From an uncultured delta proteobacterium (lineage in GTDB: Bacteria > Myxococcota_A > Polyangia > Fen-1088), in the NCBI GenBank assembly GCA_963767925.1, contig CAVYGB010000002.1:544001-608000 (forward strand): a stretch of DNA of 64,000 nucleotides. Direction: 5' to 3'. The notes under the pieces were generated by a model. That model had not been told where the DNA came from and did no database searches. It saw only the letters and a program-made list of their open reading frames with translations. Below, one piece after another: positions 54,070 through 63,695 of this stretch. A program made the position numbers and the translations under genes. The first letter of the stretch is position 1, and each line of letters begins with the position of its first letter.

Positions 54070-54747
54070 TCAGATGGGCGGTATGGGTGGAAAATCCGTG
54101 GGGCGGAACGTCTCGCGGCTACGCAGCGTCTCCAGGTCGGTCTGGCGCGCCTTCTGATACCAGGCTCGGTAGTCATCGGGCGCGCGGTGGCTCGCGCTGA
54201 AAACGAGGGTCAGACAGGTGCTGGCCCCACCATTTTGCAGTCTGGAATTCGGCCCGAAGTGCACGGTGTCGGCCAGGGGGACGTAGGCCGCCAGACGGCG
54301 CGCTTTGGTCAAGTAGCTCAGGTCGTCCGCCTCCATGCACAGTCGACAGGTCATCGTGCGGCAGTCGACATCGGACAGCCGCGCGCCGGGCAGGACGGCG
54401 GCAAAGTCCCGGGTCAGGGTCTCCTTCACTGACTGCTCGATGCGCGAGGCCCAGACGTCGTCGCGGCCCTCCTTGTCGTAGAGCTCACCCGGCCGCATCG
54501 ACAGCTTGACCAGCTTGTTCGCGTCGTAGTCGGGGGCGCGATGGTCGAGCGTCAGTGTCTTCTTCGCGGAAACTGGAGGCACGAACTTCGGAACCGTCTT
54601 CGGTCTTTCGCGGGCGGCTATCTCCGCCGCGGGTTTGCCGCTTCCGACGTCACCGCCAGCCCAAGGAGGCCGCGGCGTCAACCACCAGGCCAGGCAGATC
54701 CCCACCAGCGTGCAGGCAGCCGCCAGCACCAACTTGCGTCTGTTCAT
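54070..54747 (-). CDS. Hypothetical membrane-anchored protein with a CRxxxC motif
   Basis: MNRRKLVLAAAC signal-anchor; EGRDDVWASRIE...DVDCRTMTCRL. Confidence 0.7.
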   Translation of the reverse strand: MNRRKLVLAAACTLVGICLAWWLTPRPPWAGGDVGSGKPAAEIAARERPKTVPKFVPPVSAKKTLTLDHRAPDYDANKLVKLSMRPGELYDKEGRDDVWASRIEQSVKETLTRDFAAVLPGARLSDVDCRTMTCRLCMEADDLSYLTKARRLAAYVPLADTVHFGPNSRLQNGGASTCLTLVFSASHRAPDDYRAWYQKARQTDLETLRSRETFRPTDFPPIPPI

Positions 54748-54822
54748 GGTCGTCACCACGTCCGAGGTCGCGGCCGTGAGGGCCTCGATGGGGGCCGAGT
54801 CCTCACGGCGTTGCGAGTTGAA

Positions 54823-55107
54823 TTAGGTTCCTGATCCCTCGTCGCAGCCGGACACTTCCTTGCAGCTGTTGCAGGTCAGAAGATCGAACGGGCCGCAGGG
54901 GTTCGTCTCCATCGTGCAGCTCTTCTGCGTCGATTCCGGACCGTTGCAGTCACAGCCCGCGGTGCAGAACTGGCATCGCTCCCAGGTGCTGCAACCGGCT
55001 TCGGCGGGCGCTCCCACAGCCAGTCCGCCTCTGCTCGTGTCGATCGACGCCACAAAGGCGCCCAGGGCAATCCCGAGGACAGACAGGACCAGAGTCACTT
55101 TTTTCAT
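54823..55107 (-). CDS. Secreted cysteine-rich peptide precursor (94 aa; 57 aa core with 10 Cys)
   Basis: RBS AGGAAAG. MKKVTLVLSVLGIALGAFVA...APAEA leader, then GCSTWERCQFCTAGCDCNGPESTQKSCTMETNPCGPFDLLTCNSCKEVSGCDEGSGT. Confidence 0.8.
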   Translation of the reverse strand: MKKVTLVLSVLGIALGAFVASIDTSRGGLAVGAPAEAGCSTWERCQFCTAGCDCNGPESTQKSCTMETNPCGPFDLLTCNSCKEVSGCDEGSGT

Positions 55108-55320
55108 GTGCTTTCCTATCGCAGGTGGTCGTTGATGAACTGGCACGTAAAAACAACGCGCCTGATTAGAGAATAGAGACCGTGCCCACGACGCTGTCTA
55201 CCAAAGATTCATGGATTGCCGCTTAAGGCGGGAGTCTGACCGGCCCGACAGCATAAAATAGATCGTAATTACATGGACTTATGACGAGAGCCTGGACGTG
55301 CAAAAAATTGCCGCCTGAGA
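55108..55320 (-). promoter_or_regulatory. AT-rich upstream region of the peptide operon
   Basis: Non-coding and markedly more A/T than its surroundings, directly upstream of the precursor gene. Confidence 0.45.
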
Positions 55321-55492
55321 GGCCCCTGCGCTCTGTCGACCACGAGAAGAGGGCTACTGCCAATAGGTCTGTGCCCATCCGCATACCCGTGCGTCGGCGT
55401 CAAGGGGGCGTGGATAGAGGACTGAATGCCGTCAGCAACGCTTCGCGTCTCGAATAAGCGGGGCCTGAAATTGACCCGACAGGGACGAGTCC

Positions 55493-56764
55493 TCAGGCGG
55501 GCTGGGGCTCTCTACGTCCCAGCGGGCCCCAGAGGTGCCCGGCGGTGGCCACCGCCAGAAAGGGCAGGACCCAGAGCAGGTAGTTCCGGTGCACGATCCC
55601 GCTGCCCAGGAAGAGAAGCACCAGCGTCTGGGACACCAGGGCGGCGATGGCGGCGGGCGTGTGGGGCCGGGGCGAGCGCAGGTGGCGCCAGATCAGGAAT
55701 CCGATCCCCAGGACGGTCGCCGCGCTGACGACCAGTCGGGCGGCGGGCGGCAGGAAGAAGGCTAGGCTGGTGGAGTCGGGGCGCCGTGAAAGCTGGAACA
55801 GGAGGATGCCAGCGATCAGCTCGCGCGGGGAGGTCAGCAGGGAGGGCAGGTAGCAGGCGATCGAGACGGCCCCGGCCACCGCGAGAGCCCGCCACCGGCC
55901 CCGCCAGGTCGACGGTCCCGCCGACGCCGACGGCGCGAGCAGCAGCGGAACCGCCAGCAGCAGACCGGGCAACAGCTTGGCGCCGATGCTCGCTCCGATC
56001 AGGGCCGCTGAGAGGAGGGGGCGATTCCGGCTGCGCGCGGCGAACGCCAGCAGCCCGAGCGCCACCGGGACCGCGTCGTTCACCCCGGCCTGGAAGAGCT
56101 CCTTGTGAACGAATCCGGGAACCAGGACCAGAAGGGCAGCCCCCAGCCCGGCGGTCAGACCGCCCCGGTCGGCGGCCCACAGGCCCGCGCCCGCCGCCAT
56201 CAGCCCGTAGGCCACGACGGTCGTCGCGAAGTACCCGGCCAGGCCCGCCCCGAGGACACCCGGCGCGTAGGCCCAGATCATCATCGGTCCGTACTTGAAG
56301 CCGCCGTAAAAGGCGAAACCCGAGCCGCCGGGATTCTCCCGCGCCCCCAGGCGGTCCATGAAAAGCTCGTAGGGCGAAAGGCCACGCGCCCACAGCTCGA
56401 CCGCCCGGATGGTCGTCTGGCCGATGTCCACCGTCGGCATGCGCGCGTCCAGCACGACCGCGCCCGCCTGCACCAGACGCCAGGCCAGGAGCATCCCCAG
56501 GGCGACGGCCAGCGCCGCCACTAGCCCGGGCAGGGGCCGGGGCTCCCGCTCGCGCAGAGCGGTCACCAGCATCAGCACCCCGCCCAGCATCAGGGCCCGC
56601 TCCACGCCCCGACCCCAGTCCGCCCAGGCCAGGGCGAAAAACCCGACGAAGAAGCCGACCAGCGGCAGCAGCACCCCCAGCGCGAAGGTCCGGGCTTCGC
56701 CGGCAACCGATGTGGCCACCGGCGGCCAGAAGGTTCGCGAGTTGACCGGCGCCCGCGCGCTCAC
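55493..56764 (-). CDS. GT87/DUF2029-like membrane glycosyltransferase
   Basis: VDIGQTT...GLSPY, GFKYGP, GVND, GAKLLP and HRNYLLW. The GTG start overlaps the upstream TGA. Confidence 0.75.
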   Translation of the reverse strand: MSARAPVNSRTFWPPVATSVAGEARTFALGVLLPLVGFFVGFFALAWADWGRGVERALMLGGVLMLVTALREREPRPLPGLVAALAVALGMLLAWRLVQAGAVVLDARMPTVDIGQTTIRAVELWARGLSPYELFMDRLGARENPGGSGFAFYGGFKYGPMMIWAYAPGVLGAGLAGYFATTVVAYGLMAAGAGLWAADRGGLTAGLGAALLVLVPGFVHKELFQAGVNDAVPVALGLLAFAARSRNRPLLSAALIGASIGAKLLPGLLLAVPLLLAPSASAGPSTWRGRWRALAVAGAVSIACYLPSLLTSPRELIAGILLFQLSRRPDSTSLAFFLPPAARLVVSAATVLGIGFLIWRHLRSPRPHTPAAIAALVSQTLVLLFLGSGIVHRNYLLWVLPFLAVATAGHLWGPLGRREPQPA

Positions 56765-58458
56765 GACCGACCCGTGGCCAGGTCGGTGGACAGAGCCACC
56801 TGACGGTGGCGGGCCCACCAGGCGCGGGCCCACCTGACCCCGAAGTAGAGCGTCAGCAGCATGGTGGGAACGAACACCACCACCGTGCGCAGGTACGAAT
56901 ACCTCAGGGGATAGATGACCAGCCCCAGGGAGGAGAAGAGGACCCCGAGTTGCATGAGCGCCCGGCTACCCGTCAGCGGAACCAGACTCAGGGACCAGGT
57001 CGCGTACCAGGGCCAGAACCACACCGCCAGCAGGCAGACGAAGAACAGGACCCAGGCGGCCGCCGCGACCGCCGCGCTCATCGAGGTCACCGTTGCCGCC
57101 CCCAGCGCCAGCGCCACCAGAGTCGCCGTCTGGCTGATGTCACGTACCACCGTCTTGTCCCGGTAATTTTCCGGTCCCGGCATCACGCCCATGCGGTACC
57201 CTCGGGCGGGGCGGCCATCGCCTGGACCGTGCGGCGCGGAACCGGGGCCAGCATTCCGTCCGGACCCACCAGCGCGCGTTGCACGCCCTTGCGCCGATCG
57301 ACGATCAGCGCTCACCGAGTTCGCCATCATCTTCTGCGGCGGCGACCGGGTGAGCATGGCGAACGAGTCCGGCCCCCCCCAGAAGCGAGCGTAGAGCGCG
57401 ACAGTGGTGAGCGCCACCAGCATGCCGGCTTCCGCCAGCCGCGCCCACCGCCGCCAGTCGGCAGGGGCCTCCCGCGCCACCACGATGAGGTAAAAGAGCA
57501 GCGCCACCAGGGCGGTCCATTTCGTGACCACCGCCAGGGTGAACGCCACCACCGCCACCGGCCAGTGCTTCTGGTACCCCAGCCCGACCCCCAACAGCAT
57601 CAGGAACACCATCATGGCGTCGTTGTGCCCCTGTCCCACGAACTCGATCAGCGCCAGGGGATTGATCAGATAAAAGAGTGTGCCGAAAGCCTGCCTCTCG
57701 GGCGCCACCCGCCCCAGGATCTTCCAGATCAGGCCCGCGCTGCCAAAGTGCAGGGCGGTGGGCAGGAGCTTGAACAGCAGGGTGTAGACGATGATGGTGC
57801 CGCCCAGCCGCTCGGCCAGCCACGTCACCCCCATGCCGACGTAGAACCAGGCCGGCCCATAGACGCTCGGTTCGCGTTTCCAGTGGACCCAGGGCAAGAA
57901 GGAATCAGAGACGTAGCGCGACGGCGCTTCGAGCAGCGAGTTGCCCCCGTGCAGCAGGTCGATGCGCCCATACATGATGTAGCTGTGGATGTGGCCCGAC
58001 AGCAGGTTGGGCAGCACCAGCAGGATCGCGCTCGCCAGCCCGGCCAGCCAGACGACGCTGGGTAGCCGGCGCCGGGAGAGCGCGGGGGTGAGCGAGCCCA
58101 GCAGGATCCCGACGTACCCGAGCACGATCACCATCAGGCTTCCCAGCTGCAAGAGCTGCTCGCCCGTCACGGCGATCCCCGGGGCGGCCTGCAGCAACGC
58201 CCGGGCACCGAACTCCGTGCCGTGTCGCCACTTCGGGTAGTCGAAGAAGCTGTCCAGGATGTGGCCGGGAGCCCAGGCCAGGGTCCTGGACCGCATCACC
58301 AGGAAAAAGAGGAGATGGCCGGTCAGAAAGACCGCCGCCGACACGGCGAAGCCCGGCCGTCCCGAGAGCCATCGGACCATCCGCTCCCTGACCGAAGTTG
58401 AACGGGTCGCTCCGGAAGGACTGTCTGCTGGGCTCAAGAGATCACCTAGGGTTCGCAT
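56761..58458 (-). CDS. Second MptA/MptB-like GT-C glycosyltransferase (paralogue of 49085-50674)
   Basis: LSGHIHSYIMYGR, PSVYGPAW, GHNDAMM and WFWPWY; extensive similarity to the first copy. Confidence 0.8.
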   Translation of the reverse strand: MRTLGDLLSPADSPSGATRSTSVRERMVRWLSGRPGFAVSAAVFLTGHLLFFLVMRSRTLAWAPGHILDSFFDYPKWRHGTEFGARALLQAAPGIAVTGEQLLQLGSLMVIVLGYVGILLGSLTPALSRRRLPSVVWLAGLASAILLVLPNLLSGHIHSYIMYGRIDLLHGGNSLLEAPSRYVSDSFLPWVHWKREPSVYGPAWFYVGMGVTWLAERLGGTIIVYTLLFKLLPTALHFGSAGLIWKILGRVAPERQAFGTLFYLINPLALIEFVGQGHNDAMMVFLMLLGVGLGYQKHWPVAVVAFTLAVVTKWTALVALLFYLIVVAREAPADWRRWARLAEAGMLVALTTVALYARFWGGPDSFAMLTRSPPQKMMANSVSADRRSAQGRATRAGGSGRNAGPGSAPHGPGDGRPARGYRMGVMPGPENYRDKTVVRDISQTATLVALALGAATVTSMSAAVAAAAWVLFFVCLLAVWFWPWYATWSLSLVPLTGSRALMQLGVLFSSLGLVIYPLRYSYLRTVVVFVPTMLLTLYFGVRWARAWWARHRQVALSTDLATGRS

Positions 58459-58808
58459 AAATCAAAAAAGATGCTGCGGGACAAATAATGAGGTCTCTTG
58501 CGACAGGCATGTCCATGGAAAAGGGCGGCCCTTTCGAGCTCGTGCGATCTCCCTCACGCCGCGCGCGGGAGCGGGCGGGTGCCGATACGGATAGAACGCC
58601 CCGGGGCTCGGGGGGGGCCGGGCCGCGCGAGTTGACATAGACACGATATCGGTCGTCTACGTCCGCACGCGTCATGCAGCTTGATTTTCCTATCATCCCA
58701 TCGCCTCCGGGTCGACCAGCTTGGTCCCCAGGGGCGGCATCTGCAGCAGCGGGTGGCGCGTGCGCATGTTCGCCAGGTGCTGAGGGTGGTGACCAAGGCC
58801 TCGATGCA

Positions 58809-60394
58809 ATCTACTCGCGCGTGGTCAACACGCAGGTCCCCCTGCAGGCGTGCCTCGAGACAACATTCCCCTGGTGCCTGTCCTGGCACGATCCCCTGCG
58901 CGCGCTGTTCGCCGCCTATGTGGAGGCCAAGATCGAGCGCCAGGTGCTGGACTACGACGATCTGCTGCTCTACTGGTACCACCTCATGGGCGAGGCAGCC
59001 CTCGCCGCCGAGGTAGGCAGCAGGTTTTCCCACGTGCTCGTCGACGAGTACCAGGACACCAACACGCTGCAGGCGGAGATCCTGGCCCGGCTGCGGCCCG
59101 ATGGCCGCGGCGTCACGGTGGTGGGCGACGACGCCCAGGCCATCTATTCCTTTCGCGCCGCCACCATCCGCAACATCCTCGCCTTCCCCCAGGGGTTCGA
59201 CCCGCCGGCGGCCGTGTACGCGCTCGAGCAGAACTACCGCTCGACCCAGCCCATCCTCGCCGCGGCCAACGCCGTCATCGCCCTCGCCTCCGAGCGCCAC
59301 GCCAAGGAGCTGTTCTCCACCCGCCCCGGCGGACAGCGCCCGCGGCTGGTCACGGTGGCCGACGAGATCGCCGAGGTCGACTACGTCGTCGGGCGCATCC
59401 TCGAGCGGCGCGAGACCGGTGTGCCCCTGCGCCAGCAGGCGGTGCTCTTCCGGGCCGCCCACCACAGCGATCTGCTGGAGGTGGAGCTCGGCCGCCGCAA
59501 CATCCCCTTCGTGAAGTACGGAGGCCTGCGCTTCCTGGAGGCGGCCCACGTCAAGGACATGCTGGCCGTCCTGCGCTGGGCGGAGAACCCCCGCGACGCG
59601 CTGGCCGGCTTCCGCGTGGCCCAGCTCCTGCCCGGCGTCGGCCCCCAGACCGCCGCCCGGCTGTGCGCGGAGCTGGCGGCGGCCAGCGTCGGCACGCGCG
59701 AGGCGCTGGCCGGCTGGAGCCCGCCGCCGGCTGCCCGCGCCGACTGGCCCGCCTTCGTCGATCTGTACGCCCGGCTGTGCGACGTCGCCACCCCCTGGGC
59801 CGGCCAGCTGGGCCTGGTCCGCCGCTGGTACGAGCCGCACCTCGATCGAATCTACGACAACGCCCGCGTGCGGCTGGGCGACCTGGAGCAGCTCGAGCAG
59901 CTGGCCGCCGCCGCGCCCTCGCGGGAGCGCTTCCTGTCGGACCTGGCGCTCGATCCCCCGAGGCCACGGGCGCCGAGGCGGGCCCGCCCCACCTCGACGA
60001 GGATCACCTCGTCCTTTCGACGGTCCACTCGGCCAAGGGGCAGGAGTGGGACTCGGTGTTCGTGCTCCACGTGGCCGACGGCTGCTTCCCCTCCGACCTG
60101 GCGACGGGGAGCCCCGACCAGATCGAGGAGGAGCGGCGGCTGCTCTACGTGGCGATGACCCGGGCCAAGAACCTGCTCGAGCTGGTGCACCCGCTGCGCT
60201 TCTTCATCCGCCAGCAGGCCCGCCGGGGCGACCGCCACGTTTTCACGCCGCGCACGCGCTTCATCCCCGAAGCGATCCTGGACCGCTTCGAGCGCACCTC
60301 CCCGATCCTCGAGCTCCCGAGCAACGACGTGGCGCCGGGGTCGGCCCCGCCGGCCGTGGACGTGGCCGGACGCTTGCGCGCCTCCTGGCGCTGA
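58809..60394 (+). pseudogene. UvrD/Rep-family helicase, 3' part (lacks Walker A; one frameshift near 59958)
   Basis: Begins with the 490 bp repeat and continues AVLFRA, GGLRFLE, LSTVHSAKGQEW and EERRLLYVAMTRAK. Confidence 0.88.
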
Positions 60395-60484
60395 GCGCTG
60401 GTTTCGTCCGGCTGATCCGCCTGACGCCCGGGCGGCGCGCAGCCGATCCCGAACTATCTCGGGGCTCAGCCGCGCGATCGCAGG

Positions 60485-61141
60485 TCAGCGGACCTGGAAA
60501 TGCGAAGGTGGCGCCAGCTGGGTGTGCGGCTCGGTGAGGAAGATCGCCTTGTAGCGACCGGGCGGGAGGGGCCATTGGCGCGAGCCCATCGAGCCGGTGC
60601 CGAAGGTAACCGCGCCATCTCTGGGGCCGACGCCGCCGCCCGGGGGCCGGGTGGCCCATCCCTTGTTGTCGGTGTAGTACCAGAGGAGCGATCGGCTGGC
60701 ATCGCTGGGCGGGGGCGCGCTCTCCTCGTAGATTCCGATCCAGTCCGCTGCCTGGCCCGGACCGTTGACGAAGGACACGACGATGTCCTGTGCGGAGTCA
60801 TAGATGCGCCTATCGAGGGTGAGCGCCGGCGCTGGCGGAACGCCGGGGCCGTCGGGCTCTGCCCCCGAGTCGACGCCCGCGTCGCCCGGACTGGCCCCGG
60901 TGGCTCGGGTGTCGCTCGGCGGGGCCAGCGCGTCGGCTGCCGGGGACGCGTCCGCGATGGCCGGAGCAGACGGTGGCGGCGGCGCCATCGGACCACTGGC
61001 GGGCGAGGTCGGCGCGGCTGGTGGCGCGGGGCCGCCAGTCGGCGCGGTGGAGATCTCCACCCGGAGTCCATCCTCCGAGAGCCCACATCCCGCCAGGATC
61101 AAGAACAACCAGACGCCGGAAACGCGATTGGGGTGCTTCAT
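60485..61141 (-). CDS. Lipoprotein with a Pro-rich linker and a C-terminal Ig-like domain
   Basis: ILAGC lipobox; IVVSFVNGPG..ADWIGIY...PPGRY. Confidence 0.7.
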   Translation of the reverse strand: MKHPNRVSGVWLFLILAGCGLSEDGLRVEISTAPTGGPAPPAAPTSPASGPMAPPPPSAPAIADASPAADALAPPSDTRATGASPGDAGVDSGAEPDGPGVPPAPALTLDRRIYDSAQDIVVSFVNGPGQAADWIGIYEESAPPPSDASRSLLWYYTDNKGWATRPPGGGVGPRDGAVTFGTGSMGSRQWPLPPGRYKAIFLTEPHTQLAPPSHFQVR

Positions 61142-61532
61142 GAATCACACGAAAGAGATGGAGCGGCGTGCCTCTGATTCCCTTGCCCTGGGCCCCTGAA
61201 ACCAGACCACTCTAGGTTCGGCCCAGCAGCGCGCCGTTGACTGTTTCGTGTCGTTTCGACGGCCTTGCCCAACTTTTACGAGGCATGCCGTGGCCGAACC
61301 GCGAGGCGCGGGTGCGCTCGGGCAGTCCGTAGCGCACGCCGGCTCCCGCCATGCGGAGGTGGGTGACGCGGAATGTCCGTATCCGGCTGGCACAGGCGGC
61401 TGCGGTTTCCGCAGCGGCGCGAGCGGTGAGGCGGACCGACGGGCGCGGGATCGGGCCGGTTGCGGCCGATCCGGGAGGCTGGCCCGGCGGCTGCAGTAGC
61501 GGTGGTCGTCCGCTAACGAAAGGAGACCGCCC

Positions 61533-61988
61533 ATGAAGATCATCGCTTTCACCGTATCCACCGCCCTGCTGGCCCTCGGGGCCGCGCCGGCCGACGCCGC
61601 CCGGGGCCGCCGCTACCAGGACCAGCGCGCCGAGTGGACGAACCTCGGTGTCGTGCAGGCCGACGGCCGGGACGACACCATCGACGTGCACCGCCGCGCG
61701 GGACGCATCGACGATCTCAGGATCGAGGCCACCCGGGGCAGCGTCGACATCAGCAGCGTGGTGGTGACGGCGCGGGACGGGCGGCGCTACACCCTGCCCG
61801 TCCACCAGCACCTGCGCGCCGGCAACTCGCACTTCCTCCGCCTGCCGGGCCCGGCCCAGCGGGTGGCCAGCATCGAGCTGAACTACGCGAGCCCCCGTGA
61901 AGCCCCTCGCGGGCGCTGGTGGCGCCGGGTGTTCGCCGGCAACCGCGGCCCCGGCACCCGCGCCGAGCTGGCGGTGCTCGCTCGCTGA
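61533..61988 (+). CDS. Secreted hypothetical protein (DUF2541-like)
   Basis: RBS AAGGAG, Sec signal ending ADA, and WTNLG...DTIDV...LRIEA...RLPG..RVASIELNY. Confidence 0.7.
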   Translation: MKIIAFTVSTALLALGAAPADAARGRRYQDQRAEWTNLGVVQADGRDDTIDVHRRAGRIDDLRIEATRGSVDISSVVVTARDGRRYTLPVHQHLRAGNSHFLRLPGPAQRVASIELNYASPREAPRGRWWRRVFAGNRGPGTRAELAVLAR

Positions 61989-62099
61989 TCGGACGGCGGA
62001 TCGGCCGGTCGCTGCGCGGCAGGGGACGGGATGAAAACCCACCCTGCCGCGCCGGCGTTTCGTGCCCGGCCCGGCCGGTCCCATCCCGACGTGACCTGC

Positions 62100-63695
62100 T
62101 CAGAAGCCCGCGGCTTCCAGGGCTGGCCAGCGGCGGGCGACGTATTCCAGGAGGCGGTCCTTGCTCTCCTCCGGGTCGGCGCCGGGATCGAGCAGCGGAT
62201 CGCTCACGACCCGGGTGGAGATGGTGGCCCAGAGCGCGTCGACCCGGCGGGTGATGGCCTCGGGTGACAGCACACCCGTGCGCAGCCGCCGCACGGCCGC
62301 CTGGTAGAGCGCGAGGCCCTCGCCGGTGGCGGTCAGCTTCTCGAGGAAGAGGTCGCGGTAGGCGGGGTTCCGCTCCCGGCAGGACTGGTGGGGCTCGGGG
62401 GCGCGGGCGTTGGGAGCGGGCAGGCTCTCGGGCACGAAGGTGTCGTCGTTGCCCAGGATCACGAGCCGCAGCCGGTTCAGGGCCGTGTCGTGGTACAGGC
62501 GGAAGTTGCCGGCGGAGGCCGAGAAGCCGTCGCGGTTGCCGGCCAGCGCGGTGTCGATGGCGAGCTGGTCGATCCATTCCGACAGGGGGATGAGGGGGCC
62601 GACGGCGGCCAGGAACTGCTCGGGGGGCCCGTTCATCACCTGGCAGAGGGCGACGAGCTGCTCGCCCTGGGCGACGCTGTCGTTGAACACGCGATCGAAG
62701 TGGTCGACGATGCGCGCGCACCCGCCCAGCGCGGGGCTGACGAAGCCCTGGCAGCCCGCCGGCTCGAACGAAGGGCCGTCGCCGTTGCCGGTCCGCTCGC
62801 GCACGAAGCCGTCGGTGAAGGCCTCCTCGACGAAATACAGGCCGTGGGGCTGGCCGTTTACGATCAGGTCGGCGTAGGTGGTTCGCGGCGCCAGGAGGTT
62901 CGACTCGCGCATCGCCTGGTACAGCAGGGCCTGGCGCAGGCCCGACACGTCCTGGGCGTTGTTCTTCAGGCGCATGCGCTCGATGCCACGCAGGCTCTGG
63001 CCGGCGACGTACTGGTCGATGTCGATGCTGAGGTTCGGCTTGTTCCGGTTCTCCAGGCGGCTGCCCCAGCCGAAGGTGTGGAACCCCACGTTGCGCAGGG
63101 GCGTGCCATCGATGACGAAGTCGCCGGCGAACCACTTGTCTCCCGGCGGCACGGGAAACGACCGGTGCCGGTTCAGATAGGCCTGCCAGAGGGCCGGATC
63201 GATGGTGACCTCGATCCGGTGGATCACGTCGCTGCGAAAGAAGTCGGCCCGCGCCTGGCCGGGCGCGGGGGCGGGCGCTGCGGGCGGAGGGGGTGCGGGC
63301 GCGGCCGCCGTATCCATGCTGGCCGCGCTGTCGGCAGCGGCGTCCGCCGGGCTGGGCGGCGGTGGTGCGTCGGTTGCCCCCGCATCGGGGGATCCGCCGC
63401 TCGCCGTGTCGGTGCTGCGTGGGGCATCGCGGGGGGCGTCGACGGCCGGGCGGGCGTCAGCCCCACCCGAGGCGGGCGTGCCGGGCGTGCTCGCCTCCGG
63501 CGTGCTCGCGTCGCGCGCGCTCGCGCCAGGTGCGCTGCCCCCGGCCGGGCTCCCCTCCGGCGTCCCCGCGCCCGCCGGCGCGCCACCGGCGCCAGCGTCG
63601 ACCATTCCCATCGGATCGGGCGACTCCGACGCGGGCCGCTCCTGGGCGCCCCCACAGGCTGGAAGCGCCAGGAGCAAGAGCCAATATCGTTTCAT
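62100..63695 (-). CDS. CotH kinase family lipoprotein
   Basis: LPAC lipobox, KPNLSIDID, RLKNNAQD, APRTTYADLIVNGQPHGLYFVEE and DG..GNFRLY. Confidence 0.85.
   Translation of the reverse strand: MKRYWLLLLALPACGGAQERPASESPDPMGMVDAGAGGAPAGAGTPEGSPAGGSAPGASARDASTPEASTPGTPASGGADARPAVDAPRDAPRSTDTASGGSPDAGATDAPPPPSPADAAADSAASMDTAAAPAPPPPAAPAPAPGQARADFFRSDVIHRIEVTIDPALWQAYLNRHRSFPVPPGDKWFAGDFVIDGTPLRNVGFHTFGWGSRLENRNKPNLSIDIDQYVAGQSLRGIERMRLKNNAQDVSGLRQALLYQAMRESNLLAPRTTYADLIVNGQPHGLYFVEEAFTDGFVRERTGNGDGPSFEPAGCQGFVSPALGGCARIVDHFDRVFNDSVAQGEQLVALCQVMNGPPEQFLAAVGPLIPLSEWIDQLAIDTALAGNRDGFSASAGNFRLYHDTALNRLRLVILGNDDTFVPESLPAPNARAPEPHQSCRERNPAYRDLFLEKLTATGEGLALYQAAVRRLRTGVLSPEAITRRVDALWATISTRVVSDPLLDPGADPEESKDRLLEYVARRWPALEAAGF

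Noticed and set aside
55297..55316. Sigma54 promoter for the peptide operon
   Set aside because: The GG-to-GC spacing on the minus strand is 9, not the required 10.
59950..59965. Programmed frameshifting in the helicase (also considered for DoxX ~23885, 24390 and AraC ~38925)
   Set aside because: These are single-base shifts, some in short C/G runs, without slippery heptamers; sequencing error or decay is more likely.
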